IMG/VR virus record: IMGVR_UViG_3300032782_000007
Location: 9,240-73,239 of that record
Length of the DNA stretch: 64,000 nucleotides
Origin: a virus
Reading direction: 5' to 3' (one strand)
Shown here piece after piece: positions 19,640 through 29,645 of the stretch. The position numbers were made by a program, and so were the translations under genes. Positions within the stretch are counted from its first letter, which is position 1. Each line of letters opens with the position of its first letter. The notes beneath the pieces are model-generated. The model was not told the origin of the DNA. It did not search any database and saw nothing but the letters and a program-made list of their open reading frames with translations.

Positions 19640-20466
19640 AGGTGCAAGTAAAGCAGCTGAGCGGTTCCAGGGAGGGACTGAAGCTTATTCGACAGTGGCC
19701 GCAGCGTCTTGAGAAGATGCAGGCGCAGTACGCGTACTTGGGTGCCAAGTACATGCACGATCAGGTCACCCAACGAATTCCCAAAGGGACGGCCTATCGC
19801 GGGTATCGCCAAGGGCTAGAGGTGGTAAAGGTCAAGGGGACCTCGAAGGGCGAGTACTCGTACGCGGTTCAAATCGACAAGACGAACAGACATGTCAAAG
19901 AGATGTCGCCTCACAGGCAGCTGATCTGGGTAAAGCAGGGATCTCGCATGGGGCGGCGCGCGGATGCGATCGAGCTGCTGGTGAAGGGCAGCCCGTGGAC
20001 GTTCGAGTCGCTGCCTTTCAAGCCCAAAAGGAGCGAGGCTCGGCTTGTCACGCACAAGGCGACCGCGGAAGAGGTTATGCGGGTGACTCGGAAGAAACAG
20101 CGCGAGCGGCAGCGATACGCTCCCAAGTTGGCGCATCATGGTGTTCGCGTGCCGGGGCGCGCAAATTCGTTCCGAGTGCCTAACAAGATGGCGAAGCTTC
20201 CCGACGCGGCGCTAGACGCACTCAAGCTGGAATTCGGTTTGGGCGGGGTCCAGGCGAATCCGGCCTGGCGGGTGGGATTTCGCGGTCTAAAGAAGAAGGG
20301 GTTCAGTGGGTTCCTCAAGGACAAGCGTTTCTTTGGCAATCCATTGACAAAATCGTCATACAATCAGTGGAAGAAGTGGCCGCCGCCGACCAAACACAAG
20401 ATTTCGGTCGGCCAAGCCAAGGCCTTTAAGGGCTTCCAGGACAAAGTCGCCCTACGCGGCGGGTAA
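19636..20466 (+). CDS. Basic neck/tail-completion region protein
   Basis: ATG 19636 overlaps previous stop; lies between neck and tail terminator. Confidence 0.5.
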   Translation: MKVQVKQLSGSREGLKLIRQWPQRLEKMQAQYAYLGAKYMHDQVTQRIPKGTAYRGYRQGLEVVKVKGTSKGEYSYAVQIDKTNRHVKEMSPHRQLIWVKQGSRMGRRADAIELLVKGSPWTFESLPFKPKRSEARLVTHKATAEEVMRVTRKKQRERQRYAPKLAHHGVRVPGRANSFRVPNKMAKLPDAALDALKLEFGLGGVQANPAWRVGFRGLKKKGFSGFLKDKRFFGNPLTKSSYNQWKKWPPPTKHKISVGQAKAFKGFQDKVALRGG

Positions 20467-20478
20467 TTCGAGGCACGC

Positions 20479-21123
20479 ATGGATCCCAAAACCAACGCAC
20501 TACTTGTCGATCTTCAAGCCCATCTTCTCTCAGAGAGCATCGGCTCAGGGTTTACTGGCGGCGTAGTCTCTCCGGGTCTGGCCGAAGACATCGACGCGGT
20601 CGACGAGTATCTCGCGGAGACCGTCCGGGTGCTCATGCAGGTACTCGAATTGGACGAAGAGACCGCGTCGGACTACGTGCTCTGGGCGGCCCAATCGGGC
20701 GAGCTGATCGCCGAGGCCCCGACCCTGCCGGAGATGACTGCGACGGTGGAGGAGATCGAGGCGTGGCTGAAGGCGGTCGAAACTGCCGGCTTTGCGGAGC
20801 GAGTCTGTGAGAGCGCCGCGCTTGAACTCGAACAAGCTGTGATTGAGGGCGCAGACGACTACAAGACCGCGGCAGCTCACGCTGCGGATGCCACAAAAGC
20901 GGCCGTCGATGCAAGCAGGCACGATCACACAAAAGCAAAGAACGCGCAGATGGCGCGCAACGTGGTTTGGGACAAATACGCCAAACACACGATTGCACGT
21001 GATGCGCATGCCGCGGCAGCCGGAAAGGCGCCTAGCATTGCTGATCAGCAGGCGCATCAGCAGGCGCATCTCGGGCATCACAATGACGCTCAGGCCTACC
21101 ACCAGATCCTCCAAAAAATGTAA
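20479..21123 (+). CDS. Putative internal head protein (acidic N-half, Ala/His-rich C-half)
   Basis: LLSE and VIE motifs; function inferred. Confidence 0.4.
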   Translation: MDPKTNALLVDLQAHLLSESIGSGFTGGVVSPGLAEDIDAVDEYLAETVRVLMQVLELDEETASDYVLWAAQSGELIAEAPTLPEMTATVEEIEAWLKAVETAGFAERVCESAALELEQAVIEGADDYKTAAAHAADATKAAVDASRHDHTKAKNAQMARNVVWDKYAKHTIARDAHAAAAGKAPSIADQQAHQQAHLGHHNDAQAYHQILQKM

Positions 21124-21132
21124 GCGGCCAGA

Positions 21133-21867
21133 GTGGGGGACGACGCTTTCGACGCCAGGGTTGCAGGACTAGCTCGAACAGGGACGGTAGAGATCCGCGA
21201 TTTTGATATCGGGATCATGACAACCCTCGGAGGGGTCGCAAACGCAGATCCACTAAAAGGGCCGATCGGGGTGTTCATTCCGCAGGTGCCCGGAGTGTGC
21301 CCGCCTGACGGCTACCAGGGAGTTCCGGTGGTGTTTGCGAACTCCGAAGACGTCAACACCGACTTCAAGCTTCCCTACATTCTTGTGAAACGCGACGACT
21401 GGTCGCCGGCCAACGAGCGTTGGATGCCCGGGGCGGTTCAGTACCGGGCTCCTGCGGACGGTGCGCGACTGCTCCGTGCGACGGGTCCGCAAGGCCAGGT
21501 CAAAACCGGTTGGGATCGCATGGAGCAGTTGGCCCAGGCGATCCCCTACGACATCACGTACACAATCTCGGTTTCGGGCCGCTTTCGAGGGGCGGGCCAG
21601 CGTAACAATGCGAACGCCCTGTTCAAGCACGTTTTGAGGACTTTCCCGCCCTACGGGTGGATGTGGCTCACCGATAGCATCGGCGACATGCGGTCGTACG
21701 AGGCCTTTAATGAGGGCATTTCCGATCTCGACAACATCGTTGATGTACAGGATCGAACACTGGGCCAGGCAATTACGCTGCGTGTAGAGGGCGAATTGGA
21801 TCTTAAGGACCCTGTTTCAGTCCAAACAGTGAGAACGCCGTTGACGCGTAGAATAATGCCCCGTTAG
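21133..21867 (+). CDS. Tail terminator / sheath stabiliser (gp15-like)
   Basis: KLPYILV, PYDITYTISV, LRVEGELD motifs; upstream of sheath. Confidence 0.65.
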   Translation: MGDDAFDARVAGLARTGTVEIRDFDIGIMTTLGGVANADPLKGPIGVFIPQVPGVCPPDGYQGVPVVFANSEDVNTDFKLPYILVKRDDWSPANERWMPGAVQYRAPADGARLLRATGPQGQVKTGWDRMEQLAQAIPYDITYTISVSGRFRGAGQRNNANALFKHVLRTFPPYGWMWLTDSIGDMRSYEAFNEGISDLDNIVDVQDRTLGQAITLRVEGELDLKDPVSVQTVRTPLTRRIMPR

Positions 21868-21879
21868 GCTGATCACTGA

Positions 21880-22200
21880 ATGGCCCGCTACTACAACCGA
21901 GAAAACGGTTCTTTGTCGCTGACTTTGCGCGGTGGCAAGTCTGTCACGATCGTCGGCAAGCAGTGGGTGGAAATCCCTACGGAAAACGAGGGATCCGAGG
22001 ACCTCGTAACTGCCCTTAGAAAGGGACATCTCTATCGGTTTGCGGAGCCGGTAGAGACGCCGAAGACCGCGGCTGTCAAGGCCGAGAAGAGCGCCCCGGT
22101 AGTTGCCGAGCCGGAAGCGGCAGTTGAGTCGGCGGTCAAAGAAGATCTTCCAGCGGCCGAAATCGAGAAACCTTTCGAGCCGCGTCGGAAGAGGGCGTGA
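21880..22200 (+). CDS. Small hypothetical protein preceding sheath
   Basis: 106-aa ORF. Confidence 0.55.
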   Translation: MARYYNRENGSLSLTLRGGKSVTIVGKQWVEIPTENEGSEDLVTALRKGHLYRFAEPVETPKTAAVKAEKSAPVVAEPEAAVESAVKEDLPAAEIEKPFEPRRKRA

Positions 22201-22234
22201 GAGAATGAATAGCCTACGAGGGGGAATTTAGGTC

Positions 22235-24784
22235 ATGCCCGAACTGCAGTCCGCTGGAGTCTTCATCGAGGAGACTGCGAGCACCACGCAAGTGGTCGGT
22301 CCGGTTTCGACGTCGACGATGGGAACGGTCTTCTGGACCCCCCAAGGTCCGAGCAACGTTGCGACGCTGGTTACGAGTTTCAACCAGTTCGTGCAGACTT
22401 TCGGGACGTTCGATCGTCGCAGCTTCGGCGCCTACTCGATGGCCGCGTTTTTCGCGAACGGTGGAAACCGTGCGTACGTCGTTAGGGTGACTCCGTCGGA
22501 CGCTACCAAGGCCGGCGCGCAAGTTCGCAGCCTGACCACGGACCAGCAGATCGAGGTTGGCGACGGCGCCACGACCGCCTTCACGAAGACCGCTTCGACA
22601 TCGGTGCTCAAGGACAACAGCGGAGCGTCGCCGCTGGTTGCCGGCTCGTTCACGATGCGGTGGCGAGGAAAGGCGGCCGTTCAGACGGGCGTCGCGACGA
22701 AGAAACGCGACGGATCGACCACCCTGAACACCTCGACAGGCGTCCTCAAATACGAGGGTGTCCTCACGCTCGGTCTGCCAGCGGTGGATCCGCACTTGTT
22801 CGCGGTGGTTCCTGATGGGACCGCAGTCATCGGCTGGACTTCCAGCTCGGCAAGCAAGACGATCACGATCGCGGCTCCGGTTTCCGGAACTGTCGGTGTG
22901 GGTACGAACGGCGCAGGTTCAGCGGCCACGTTGGACTACCGTACGGGTCGTTTCTCGCTGCTCATCGCGGTGAGCGAGACTCCGGATAACGCGGTCGGAG
23001 TGACGGGTACGTACTACCCGGCTACGGCAACGTACTCGGTGACGGACGACGGGGCAGGAAATCTCCCGGCCGGATCGGTCCTCTCGGGTGCCGGCACCAT
23101 CAGCTACACGACGGGCGCGTACAGCTTTACGACGCTCTCGACCACGCATATCCCGCACATTCACGGTCCGATCTTGGCGGTCTATCAGATCGAGGACTGG
23201 ATCGTATCCCCGATCTCAGCTGGTGTTTGGGGCAACGCCCTCAAGCTGCAGATCACGGGCAGCCAGAACTACTACACGGCGGCGACGCAGTCGTACTCTC
23301 GCTACAACGTCTCGGTCCTTCAAACGGATTCGAACGGCGTCGATCAGACGATGGAGACGTACGAAGATCTCGTCTTCGACGATCCAACGGATGCAGCGTC
23401 GGCGGCAGAGACGATCAACGAGTTCTCGAGTCTCGTGTCGATCGCTACACCGAACGGTGACGAGGCGGTAGGCCAGCTCAACGGCATTCCGTTCACGCTG
23501 GTCCTCTGCGGGGGAGACGACTCGGATACCGGACGCCTCATTCAGCAAACGCTTCCGACGGCCGGACTACCGGTGGGCAAACGCTCGGTCGTCATCACGT
23601 ATACCGACTCAGCCTCGGTTGCGCGAACGATCAAGGACGACGGGAAGGGAAACCTTACCGGGGACATCGACACCTCGTACACCGGCGGCACGGCAAATAC
23701 GGTCAACTACACGACCGGTGCGCTCGACTTCAAGACAATCGCAGTAGCGGGTCCGGCAGGCATCAAGGCGGACACGCTGGTGTCGGTCAGCTGGTACAGC
23801 GCCCCCGCGGAGACCACGCACACTGAGGACTTCGCGGATACCACGAAGAGCTACGCAGTCGGCTCGGACGGAACGTTCGACACCAACCATTTCAGCAGCC
23901 TGCAGTTCACGGATATCTCGTTGGCCCCGGACTACCAGGGTCTGTACGCACTCGATCGCATCGACGAGCTGATGCAGGTAACGGTTCCGGACTTTGCCGG
24001 GGACGTGACCGTGACGGGCGAGCTGCTCGATTACGCAGCAACGCACGCGTCCTCTTCGTCGGGCGGCGATCGCTTCATCATCCTTTCGGTTCCGAAGGGT
24101 TCTTCGGCGACAGACGCCGTGGACTGGTTCCGCAACAAGCTGCTCCGATTCTCGGACTACGCGGCCCTTTACTGGCCGTGGGTCAACGTGGCGGACCCGC
24201 TCGCAAATGGGCGCAAGCTCACGATGCCGGTCGTTGGTCACGTCGCGGGAATCTACGCACGCACTGACAATCGTCGCAACGTAGGCAAGTCGCCTGGCGG
24301 TACGGTCGACGGCGCGCTGAACTTCATTCAGTCGCTGGAGATTGTTCCGACGAAGGGCGAGCGCGACACGGTTTACCCGAACCGAATCAACCCGCTCATC
24401 AGCTCGGCCCAAACGGGTTTGGCGGTCTGGGGAGTTCGAACGATCTCGCAGACTTCGACGTGGAAGTACATCAACGCGCGTCGACTCTTCATGTTCCTCG
24501 AGAAGTCCATCTACAACAGCACGTTCTGGGTGGTGTTCGAGAACAACGGGCCGGCGCTCTGGTCGCGAATCAAGGGGCAGCTCGACGGATTCCTCCTCGG
24601 GTTGTTCAACGACGGCTACTTTGCCGGAGCGACGCCAAATCAGGCGTTTTTCACGATCTGCGACAACACCAACAACACGCCTTCTTCGATCAATCAGGGT
24701 GTTGTGAACACGACTGTCGGCGCCGCGCCGAACGTTCCGGCGGAATTCGCAGTCTTCGGATTCCAGCAGGTCACCAATAGCTAG
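22235..24784 (+). CDS. Contractile tail sheath protein with large insertion domains
   Basis: SAGVFIEE, FFANGGNRAYVVRV, AALYWPWV, GHVAGIYARTD, INP, VWGVRT, YINARRLF, VFENN, PAEF. Confidence 0.96.
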   Translation: MPELQSAGVFIEETASTTQVVGPVSTSTMGTVFWTPQGPSNVATLVTSFNQFVQTFGTFDRRSFGAYSMAAFFANGGNRAYVVRVTPSDATKAGAQVRSLTTDQQIEVGDGATTAFTKTASTSVLKDNSGASPLVAGSFTMRWRGKAAVQTGVATKKRDGSTTLNTSTGVLKYEGVLTLGLPAVDPHLFAVVPDGTAVIGWTSSSASKTITIAAPVSGTVGVGTNGAGSAATLDYRTGRFSLLIAVSETPDNAVGVTGTYYPATATYSVTDDGAGNLPAGSVLSGAGTISYTTGAYSFTTLSTTHIPHIHGPILAVYQIEDWIVSPISAGVWGNALKLQITGSQNYYTAATQSYSRYNVSVLQTDSNGVDQTMETYEDLVFDDPTDAASAAETINEFSSLVSIATPNGDEAVGQLNGIPFTLVLCGGDDSDTGRLIQQTLPTAGLPVGKRSVVITYTDSASVARTIKDDGKGNLTGDIDTSYTGGTANTVNYTTGALDFKTIAVAGPAGIKADTLVSVSWYSAPAETTHTEDFADTTKSYAVGSDGTFDTNHFSSLQFTDISLAPDYQGLYALDRIDELMQVTVPDFAGDVTVTGELLDYAATHASSSSGGDRFIILSVPKGSSATDAVDWFRNKLLRFSDYAALYWPWVNVADPLANGRKLTMPVVGHVAGIYARTDNRRNVGKSPGGTVDGALNFIQSLEIVPTKGERDTVYPNRINPLISSAQTGLAVWGVRTISQTSTWKYINARRLFMFLEKSIYNSTFWVVFENNGPALWSRIKGQLDGFLLGLFNDGYFAGATPNQAFFTICDNTNNTPSSINQGVVNTTVGAAPNVPAEFAVFGFQQVTNS

Positions 24785-24847
24785 GCAATTTCACGGTTGA
24801 TTTTGGTCTACTCGGTTACAGTAGAAGAAAGACTTTAGGAGCGGATA

Positions 24848-25450
24848 ATGGCGACGATCGTAGTGACAAACCTTAGCTCGACGGCGAGCGTTTACTGCTC
24901 GGACCTGTACACGTTGATCGCGCCGAGCGCGTCCGTAACGACGACGCGCGCGGTTTCCGATCTCTCGCGTATGGCGTCCCTCCAGGCGCTTGTCGCGGCG
25001 GGGAGTGTTGGCGTAGCCATTACGTACTCCGCGGCGGAGCAAGCATCCGGCCTTGTCAACGAGGGCGAGACAGCTACTTCGCAGGGCAGCAAGTTCCAGT
25101 CGGTGCAGACGCTGCGATTTGCGTTTGCCGCCGGAGCGGGCGGATCGGCGGACGACGTCACGATCTACGCGTTGGGCACGCTCCCCTACGCGAAGATGCG
25201 TGTCCTCAAGATGGAGTCGCTGGTCGCGACCGCAGTTGGCGCGTCGACCCTGCAGCTCCGTACGGTGAGCGGCGGCGCAGGCACGCTTCTCGCGGCCACA
25301 GCGGGAACGCCGACTGGCTACGTCGGTCCCAACACCTCTGTCACCGCGACCTCGCAGGTTGTGAGCAGCTCGTCTGTGGGGCTCTTCCTCCGTCGCAGCG
25401 ACAGCGGCATTGCCGGTGAAGTTCTCATCACCTTCGAGTGGGAGAACTAA
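24848..25450 (+). CDS. Putative virion decoration/structural protein
   Basis: Beta-rich Ala/Ser/Thr/Val composition; AGGAG RBS; between sheath and tube. Confidence 0.5.
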   Translation: MATIVVTNLSSTASVYCSDLYTLIAPSASVTTTRAVSDLSRMASLQALVAAGSVGVAITYSAAEQASGLVNEGETATSQGSKFQSVQTLRFAFAAGAGGSADDVTIYALGTLPYAKMRVLKMESLVATAVGASTLQLRTVSGGAGTLLAATAGTPTGYVGPNTSVTATSQVVSSSSVGLFLRRSDSGIAGEVLITFEWEN

Positions 25451-25500
25451 TCGTTCGGCAAAGCGAAGAGTTCGAACTTTAGGCGTAAGGGGAAACAAAA

Positions 25501-26058
25501 GTGGCTCGTTCACAGCTCGCCGACTTCATCCACAGCATGCGGTTCCACGTGGTCGCGGGACAGCTCGCGGACGGGTCGAACGCGCCTATTCAGGCGATCA
25601 ATCCCGATGCGGGTTTCTCGGCGTGCACGACGCCGGAAGCAACTGTAGAGGTTGTCGAGTACAAGGAAGGTCAGTTCCTGTACACGCGCAAGTACCCCGG
25701 GCACGTCACTTATAACGATGTGACGATGTCGCGGGGTGTGGCTCGAACGGACAGCTCTTTCTGGGAGTGGATCCGAATCGTCATCGAGGGTAACGGCGAG
25801 TACCGATCGGATGTGCAGATCAAGCACTTTCACCGCTCGGACGTTCTTCCTGGCGCGCTCTATACGGGCGCTCAAACGGTTCCCACGCTGCCTCCGGCGG
25901 AGAATCTCAACCTGACCGCGCCCGCGAAGATCTACACGCTCTACCAGGCTCTCCCGGTTCGGCACAAGTTCGCAGGCGATCTCGATGCTACGGATTCCGC
26001 TATCAGCATAATGGAGCTTGACGTGAGTTACGAACATTGTTTAATGGTCGAGCCCTAA
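25501..26058 (+). CDS. Tail tube protein 1 (T4 gp19-like)
   Basis: GFSAC, VEYKEG, KYPG, VTMSRGV, FWEW, DLDATDS.ISIMELDVSYE. Confidence 0.92.
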   Translation: MARSQLADFIHSMRFHVVAGQLADGSNAPIQAINPDAGFSACTTPEATVEVVEYKEGQFLYTRKYPGHVTYNDVTMSRGVARTDSSFWEWIRIVIEGNGEYRSDVQIKHFHRSDVLPGALYTGAQTVPTLPPAENLNLTAPAKIYTLYQALPVRHKFAGDLDATDSAISIMELDVSYEHCLMVEP

Positions 26059-26078
26059 GTAGCTGAAATTACTAAAGG

Positions 26079-26106
26079 AAAAAGACGCCGTTTTGGCGTC
26101 TTTTTT
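26079..26106. terminator. Bidirectional intrinsic terminator
   Basis: AAAAAGACGCC-GTTTT-GGCGTCTTTTTT. Confidence 0.85.
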
Positions 26107-26296
26107 CGTTTAAGCTGGCCTAGAGTCTCTCAAAGTAGCATGATATTATATGCAAGAAAGGCTCCTAGACTATAACTGGATCGTATCCCTCGGACGGATC
26201 GCGAACGACGCCAAGAGGGCTATGCTCAAGCTGGGGATGATCCCGTTCTGACGTGGCAAAGCTCAAGAGCGGGCGACGTGTTACAGCGTGGAACCC

Positions 26297-26324
26297 TTGA
26301 CAAAACGTCGAAAAACGTCATTCT
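26297..26324 (+). promoter_or_regulatory. Promoter of the TA cassette
   Basis: TTGACA-16-CATTCT with AAAACGTC direct repeat in the spacer. Confidence 0.5.
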
Positions 26325-26339
26325 AAGCCGAGGACGGCC

Positions 26340-26537
26340 ATGGCGAACCTTACCCCCGCTCAAGAAGCACAGCTCGTCGGCACCTTTCGCCGCTTTGGCG
26401 AGTACGGCCCCGTCTACGAGATCCTTGCCGTCAAGGCCGAGGGGCCGAACAAGGTGGTTGAGGTCGAGGTGCCGGAGACGGGCGAGAAGACCGTCGTAGC
26501 GCTCGACGACGTGCTCGCTGATCCGCAGGCCAAGTAG
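26340..26537 (+). CDS. Putative antitoxin partner of VapD (DUF5397-like)
   Basis: LVGTFRRFGEYGPVYEIL...ETGE...VLADP; stop overlaps the vapD start. Confidence 0.7.
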   Translation: MANLTPAQEAQLVGTFRRFGEYGPVYEILAVKAEGPNKVVEVEVPETGEKTVVALDDVLADPQAK

Positions 26538-26875
26538 TGTACGCGCTCGCGTTCGATCTCGACATGGCGCAGCTTGCCGCCAATCGGCCCGGCCACGCCT
26601 CGGGTGCGTACGCCGAGATCCGCACGGTGCTCGTGAACGGTCATGGTTTTCGATGGACGCAGGGAAGCCTCTATATCCTCGATGGCGAGGACATGAGCGT
26701 GCTCTTCCGCGCGATCCAAGCTCTGATCGCCCTTCCGTGGTTTCCGGCGAGCGTGCGCGACATTCGAGCGTTCCGTGTCGAGCAGTGGTCTGACTTCACC
26801 GCGACGGTCCAAGCCGGGAGGGGCGGTGGAGCCGGAGCGGGTGGTGGTGCTGGGGGTGGCGGAGTCGTACGCTGA
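26537..26875 (+). CDS. vapD: VapD (Cas2-fold) endoribonuclease toxin
   Basis: YALAFDLD, AYAEIR, GFRWTQGSLY, WFPASVRDIRAFRVEQWSDFT. Confidence 0.9.
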   Translation: MYALAFDLDMAQLAANRPGHASGAYAEIRTVLVNGHGFRWTQGSLYILDGEDMSVLFRAIQALIALPWFPASVRDIRAFRVEQWSDFTATVQAGRGGGAGAGGGAGGGGVVR

Positions 26876-26990
26876 CCGACGCCAAGCCTGCTAAGTCGCC
26901 GCGTCAAAGTCACTTACGGTGGACGGGATCGAGCACCACCACAAGTCACGCTAAAGCGTCACTTCGGGTGCAGAGCCGCGGCTTATTGCG

Positions 26991-27149
26991 ATGTACAGAG
27001 ACGGCGCAACGGCCGCAGAAGCCGGTCGAGCAGTAGGCATCGGTACCAGAGCGGCCTCGACAATCATCAAACGAGCAGGCGCAACGAGGACGCAGCTCGA
27101 TGCTCAGCGACTACGCCGCGCCAAAGAAGCGCGCGATCTACGTGTTTAG
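26991..27149 (+). pseudogene. HTH remnant resembling homing-endonuclease DNA-binding repeats
   Basis: Hand translation MYRDGATAAEAGRAVGIGTRAASTIIKRAG... resembles ITQVAASKILRAAG of the LAGLIDADG gene; no nuclease domain. Confidence 0.45.
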
Positions 27150-27731
27150 CCGCAGCGACTGCAAGTACTTGCGATCTTTCGCGTGCGCGATCTTTTGACG
27201 ACGCTCTGCGGGAGCAGAGGCTTTGGCGATCTCACGGAGTGCCGTGATGAGACCGGAGCGGTGACTAGGGTAGAGGAAGAAGCAGATCGGTTGTTCTCCC
27301 GTACATTGTGGGATGTAGCAGACGGTGGTCCCCATGTAACGGTCGCGTTTCCGATGCTCGATCAGGACCAACTGGCTGCTCGCGTGGAATGCGTCATCGC
27401 ACGAGATGATCCGAACGTCTTTGGGGTATTTGGCTGCCCATTTGACGACCTTGCGGCTCAGCTCGTGGCCGGACCATTTGAAGGCGAGACCTCCAGGATC
27501 TGGAAGCATGAACCGTTTCGCGAACTCCCACCAGATCGTGTGTATATGCCGAACACCCTTTTTCGGGAAGATGTTCAAATCTGGCTTGAGCACCTTCTTC
27601 TCGGCAGCCGTCGTGGGCCGCTCACGCTGTTCGGGACACCGGGTCCGGCAGTCTCGGCCCCCTACAACACACTGAAAGGTGAGCGTGGTGCTGGAGAGGC
27701 TGCTCAGGCGGAAGCGGTGTTTGTGGGGCAT
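27138..27731 (-). CDS. Hypothetical protein (start MPHKHRF)
   Basis: Minus-strand TTGACA-16-TACTTT promoter 7 nt before the ATG at 27731. Confidence 0.65.
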   Translation of the reverse strand: MPHKHRFRLSSLSSTTLTFQCVVGGRDCRTRCPEQRERPTTAAEKKVLKPDLNIFPKKGVRHIHTIWWEFAKRFMLPDPGGLAFKWSGHELSRKVVKWAAKYPKDVRIISCDDAFHASSQLVLIEHRKRDRYMGTTVCYIPQCTGEQPICFFLYPSHRSGLITALREIAKASAPAERRQKIAHAKDRKYLQSLRLNT

Positions 27732-27782
27732 CGAGCTTAAAGTAACCCCCAACCGCCCCCTGTCAACGGTTACCCTGATGGG

Positions 27783-28487
27783 ATGGCGCGTTCGACGATT
27801 ACGGATCTTCTTCAAAATCACGCGTTTTTCCTGACAGAAGTCGCGCCTATTGACCCCTTGGCGCTTCCGATGTTGACACCCCTTTTCGGGTTCTCGGCGA
27901 TCACTGCACCGGAGATCACCGCGCAGACCCAGGACATCACCGAGGGCAACTGGTTCTTCAAGCGGAAGGTGATTCGCGGGGGCGACGCCTCGAACATCAC
28001 CCTTCAAAGGGGCATTGCGTTCTACGACAGTGACTTTTGGCGGTGGATGATGGCGTCGCTCAGCGGAAACCTCTCGAACTTTGGGTTTCCCCTCCCAGGG
28101 GGCCTAAACGTCTCCGTAGGAGGCATTACCCCAAGGAGGACTCTGATGCTAGTCCATTTCCTTCCGAGGCTTCCTGGGGCGCTTCCGGCGGGCTCAGACA
28201 TCGTCATCCAGGCTGGTCTCGAGGCGGCGGGTACTGCGCTTGCGGGGGGCTCGGCATTGGACGCGGCGGTCGGCGGGGTACGTACGGCGGCATTCGCCAC
28301 GCTGGGGCATTTCGCGGGTCCGTTCGAGTTCGCGATCCGTTTGCCGGCCAAGGCGTGGCTCCTCAAGGGGTGCATTCCTGTCAGGTACAAGGCGGCCTCG
28401 GACTTTAGCGGGTCAGATCACGCGATCTCGCTCCAAGAATTGGAGCTTGCGATCGAGTCGATCGACGAGGTCGCACTTGCAGGATAG
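27783..28487 (+). CDS. Tail tube protein 2 (gp19-like) with hydrophobic insertion
   Basis: GFSAITAPE, ITEGN, NITLQRG, FWRW, AWLLKGCIPVRYK, SLQELELA. Confidence 0.85.
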   Translation: MARSTITDLLQNHAFFLTEVAPIDPLALPMLTPLFGFSAITAPEITAQTQDITEGNWFFKRKVIRGGDASNITLQRGIAFYDSDFWRWMMASLSGNLSNFGFPLPGGLNVSVGGITPRRTLMLVHFLPRLPGALPAGSDIVIQAGLEAAGTALAGGSALDAAVGGVRTAAFATLGHFAGPFEFAIRLPAKAWLLKGCIPVRYKAASDFSGSDHAISLQELELAIESIDEVALAG

Positions 28488-28510
28488 AGAAGAATAGGCG
28501 AAGATAAGGG

Positions 28511-29338
28511 ATGTCGGCTGCGGACTATTGGAAGAGCAAAACACATTGTCCTTACGGACACCCCTACGACACTGCGAATACTTACTACACGGCTCGCGGC
28601 TCGCGCATCTGTCGCGCCTGTGGCCGAGAGCGCAAGCGCCAAGAAAGCGAAGCGCAAACAGGGAGACCCGTTGTGCCTCGCGGTCAGAAAACGCACTGCG
28701 CACAGGGGCATTTGTACGACGAAGCGAATACGCGTCGAACAGCGAACGGCCGAGCGTGTCGAGCTTGTGGGAGGGAGCATGCGCGGAAGAAGGCCCAAGC
28801 CGCGGGCCGGCCAGGCGTGTACATCGAAAAAACACACTGTCCTCAAGGACATCCCTACGACGAGGTAAACACCCGCTTCAACAAGATAGGCCGAGCATGT
28901 CGGGCGTGTGATCTGGCACGGCAAACTGCACGCAACGACGCGAATCCCCAACAAATGTTATGGGCGAACGCGAAAAAACGTGCGCGCAGATACGGAGTCC
29001 CGTTCACGATAACGCCCGAAGATATTGTCATCCCCGAGGTCTGCCCTGTATTCGGCACACCTTTAGCGCGCAAACGGAGAGGAGGGCCAGGTCCCGATTC
29101 ACCTACAGTCGATCGGGTAGTTCCCGCTCTAGGTTATATCCCGAGCAACATTGCAGTCATTTCCTGTAAGGCAAATGCGCTGAAGAACAGAGGCACTCTA
29201 GAGTGGTTCGAGCGATCCTTAAAGGAAGGCCTCGGGAGCCGAAGACGCATCACTGAGGAGGAGCTGCGTCTTTTGGTCGAATGGCTAAGGCTCCGAACAG
29301 GAAGCACGGGCAAGAAACGCCGAAGCAGTGCTCGGTGA
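28511..29338 (+). CDS. HNH-type homing endonuclease with three KTHCxxGH zinc-finger repeats
   Basis: Three KTHC..GH.YD..NT...R.CRAC repeats; PTVDRVVPALGYIPSNIAVISCKAN. Confidence 0.85.
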   Translation: MSAADYWKSKTHCPYGHPYDTANTYYTARGSRICRACGRERKRQESEAQTGRPVVPRGQKTHCAQGHLYDEANTRRTANGRACRACGREHARKKAQAAGRPGVYIEKTHCPQGHPYDEVNTRFNKIGRACRACDLARQTARNDANPQQMLWANAKKRARRYGVPFTITPEDIVIPEVCPVFGTPLARKRRGGPGPDSPTVDRVVPALGYIPSNIAVISCKANALKNRGTLEWFERSLKEGLGSRRRITEEELRLLVEWLRLRTGSTGKKRRSSAR

Positions 29339-29378
29339 TTCATCTTTCAAGTCTGGCAAGAAGCGCTAGACTTGTTAC

Positions 29379-29645
29379 ATGAGCGACTCCCTCTACGGGT
29401 ACGGCGGTTTCGAATTTCTGGATTTCGAAGAGCTTATGGCGGCGCGCGACGCGGCGCGGGAGTCTCAGTGGGAGGCGATGTCGGGTGTGACGATGGCAGC
29501 CAATGCCGGCCCCTACACGGCACCGCTTGGTCCGGTCCTGACGAGGGAGATCCCCGTGGGGGAGCCGGAAGCGGTCTCGAAGTGTCAGGGGGCCCACGAG
29601 TGCCCTGTCCACCACTCGTCGTGGGAAGCGCTATTCGGTCGGTGA
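29379..29645 (+). CDS. Small hypothetical protein, possible head protein
   Basis: TAGACT 6 nt before ATG; EAMSGV...GPYTAPLG motif. Confidence 0.45.
   Translation: MSDSLYGYGGFEFLDFEELMAARDAARESQWEAMSGVTMAANAGPYTAPLGPVLTREIPVGEPEAVSKCQGAHECPVHHSSWEALFGR

Noticed and set aside
26537-26875. Cas2-like ORF suggesting a CRISPR locus
   Set aside because: Motifs fit VapD with an antitoxin partner; I saw no cas1 or repeat-spacer array in the window.
28548-28559. GTCCTTACGGAC near-match to the palindrome
   Set aside because: One mismatch, explained by the CPYGH zinc-finger codons and read in a different frame.
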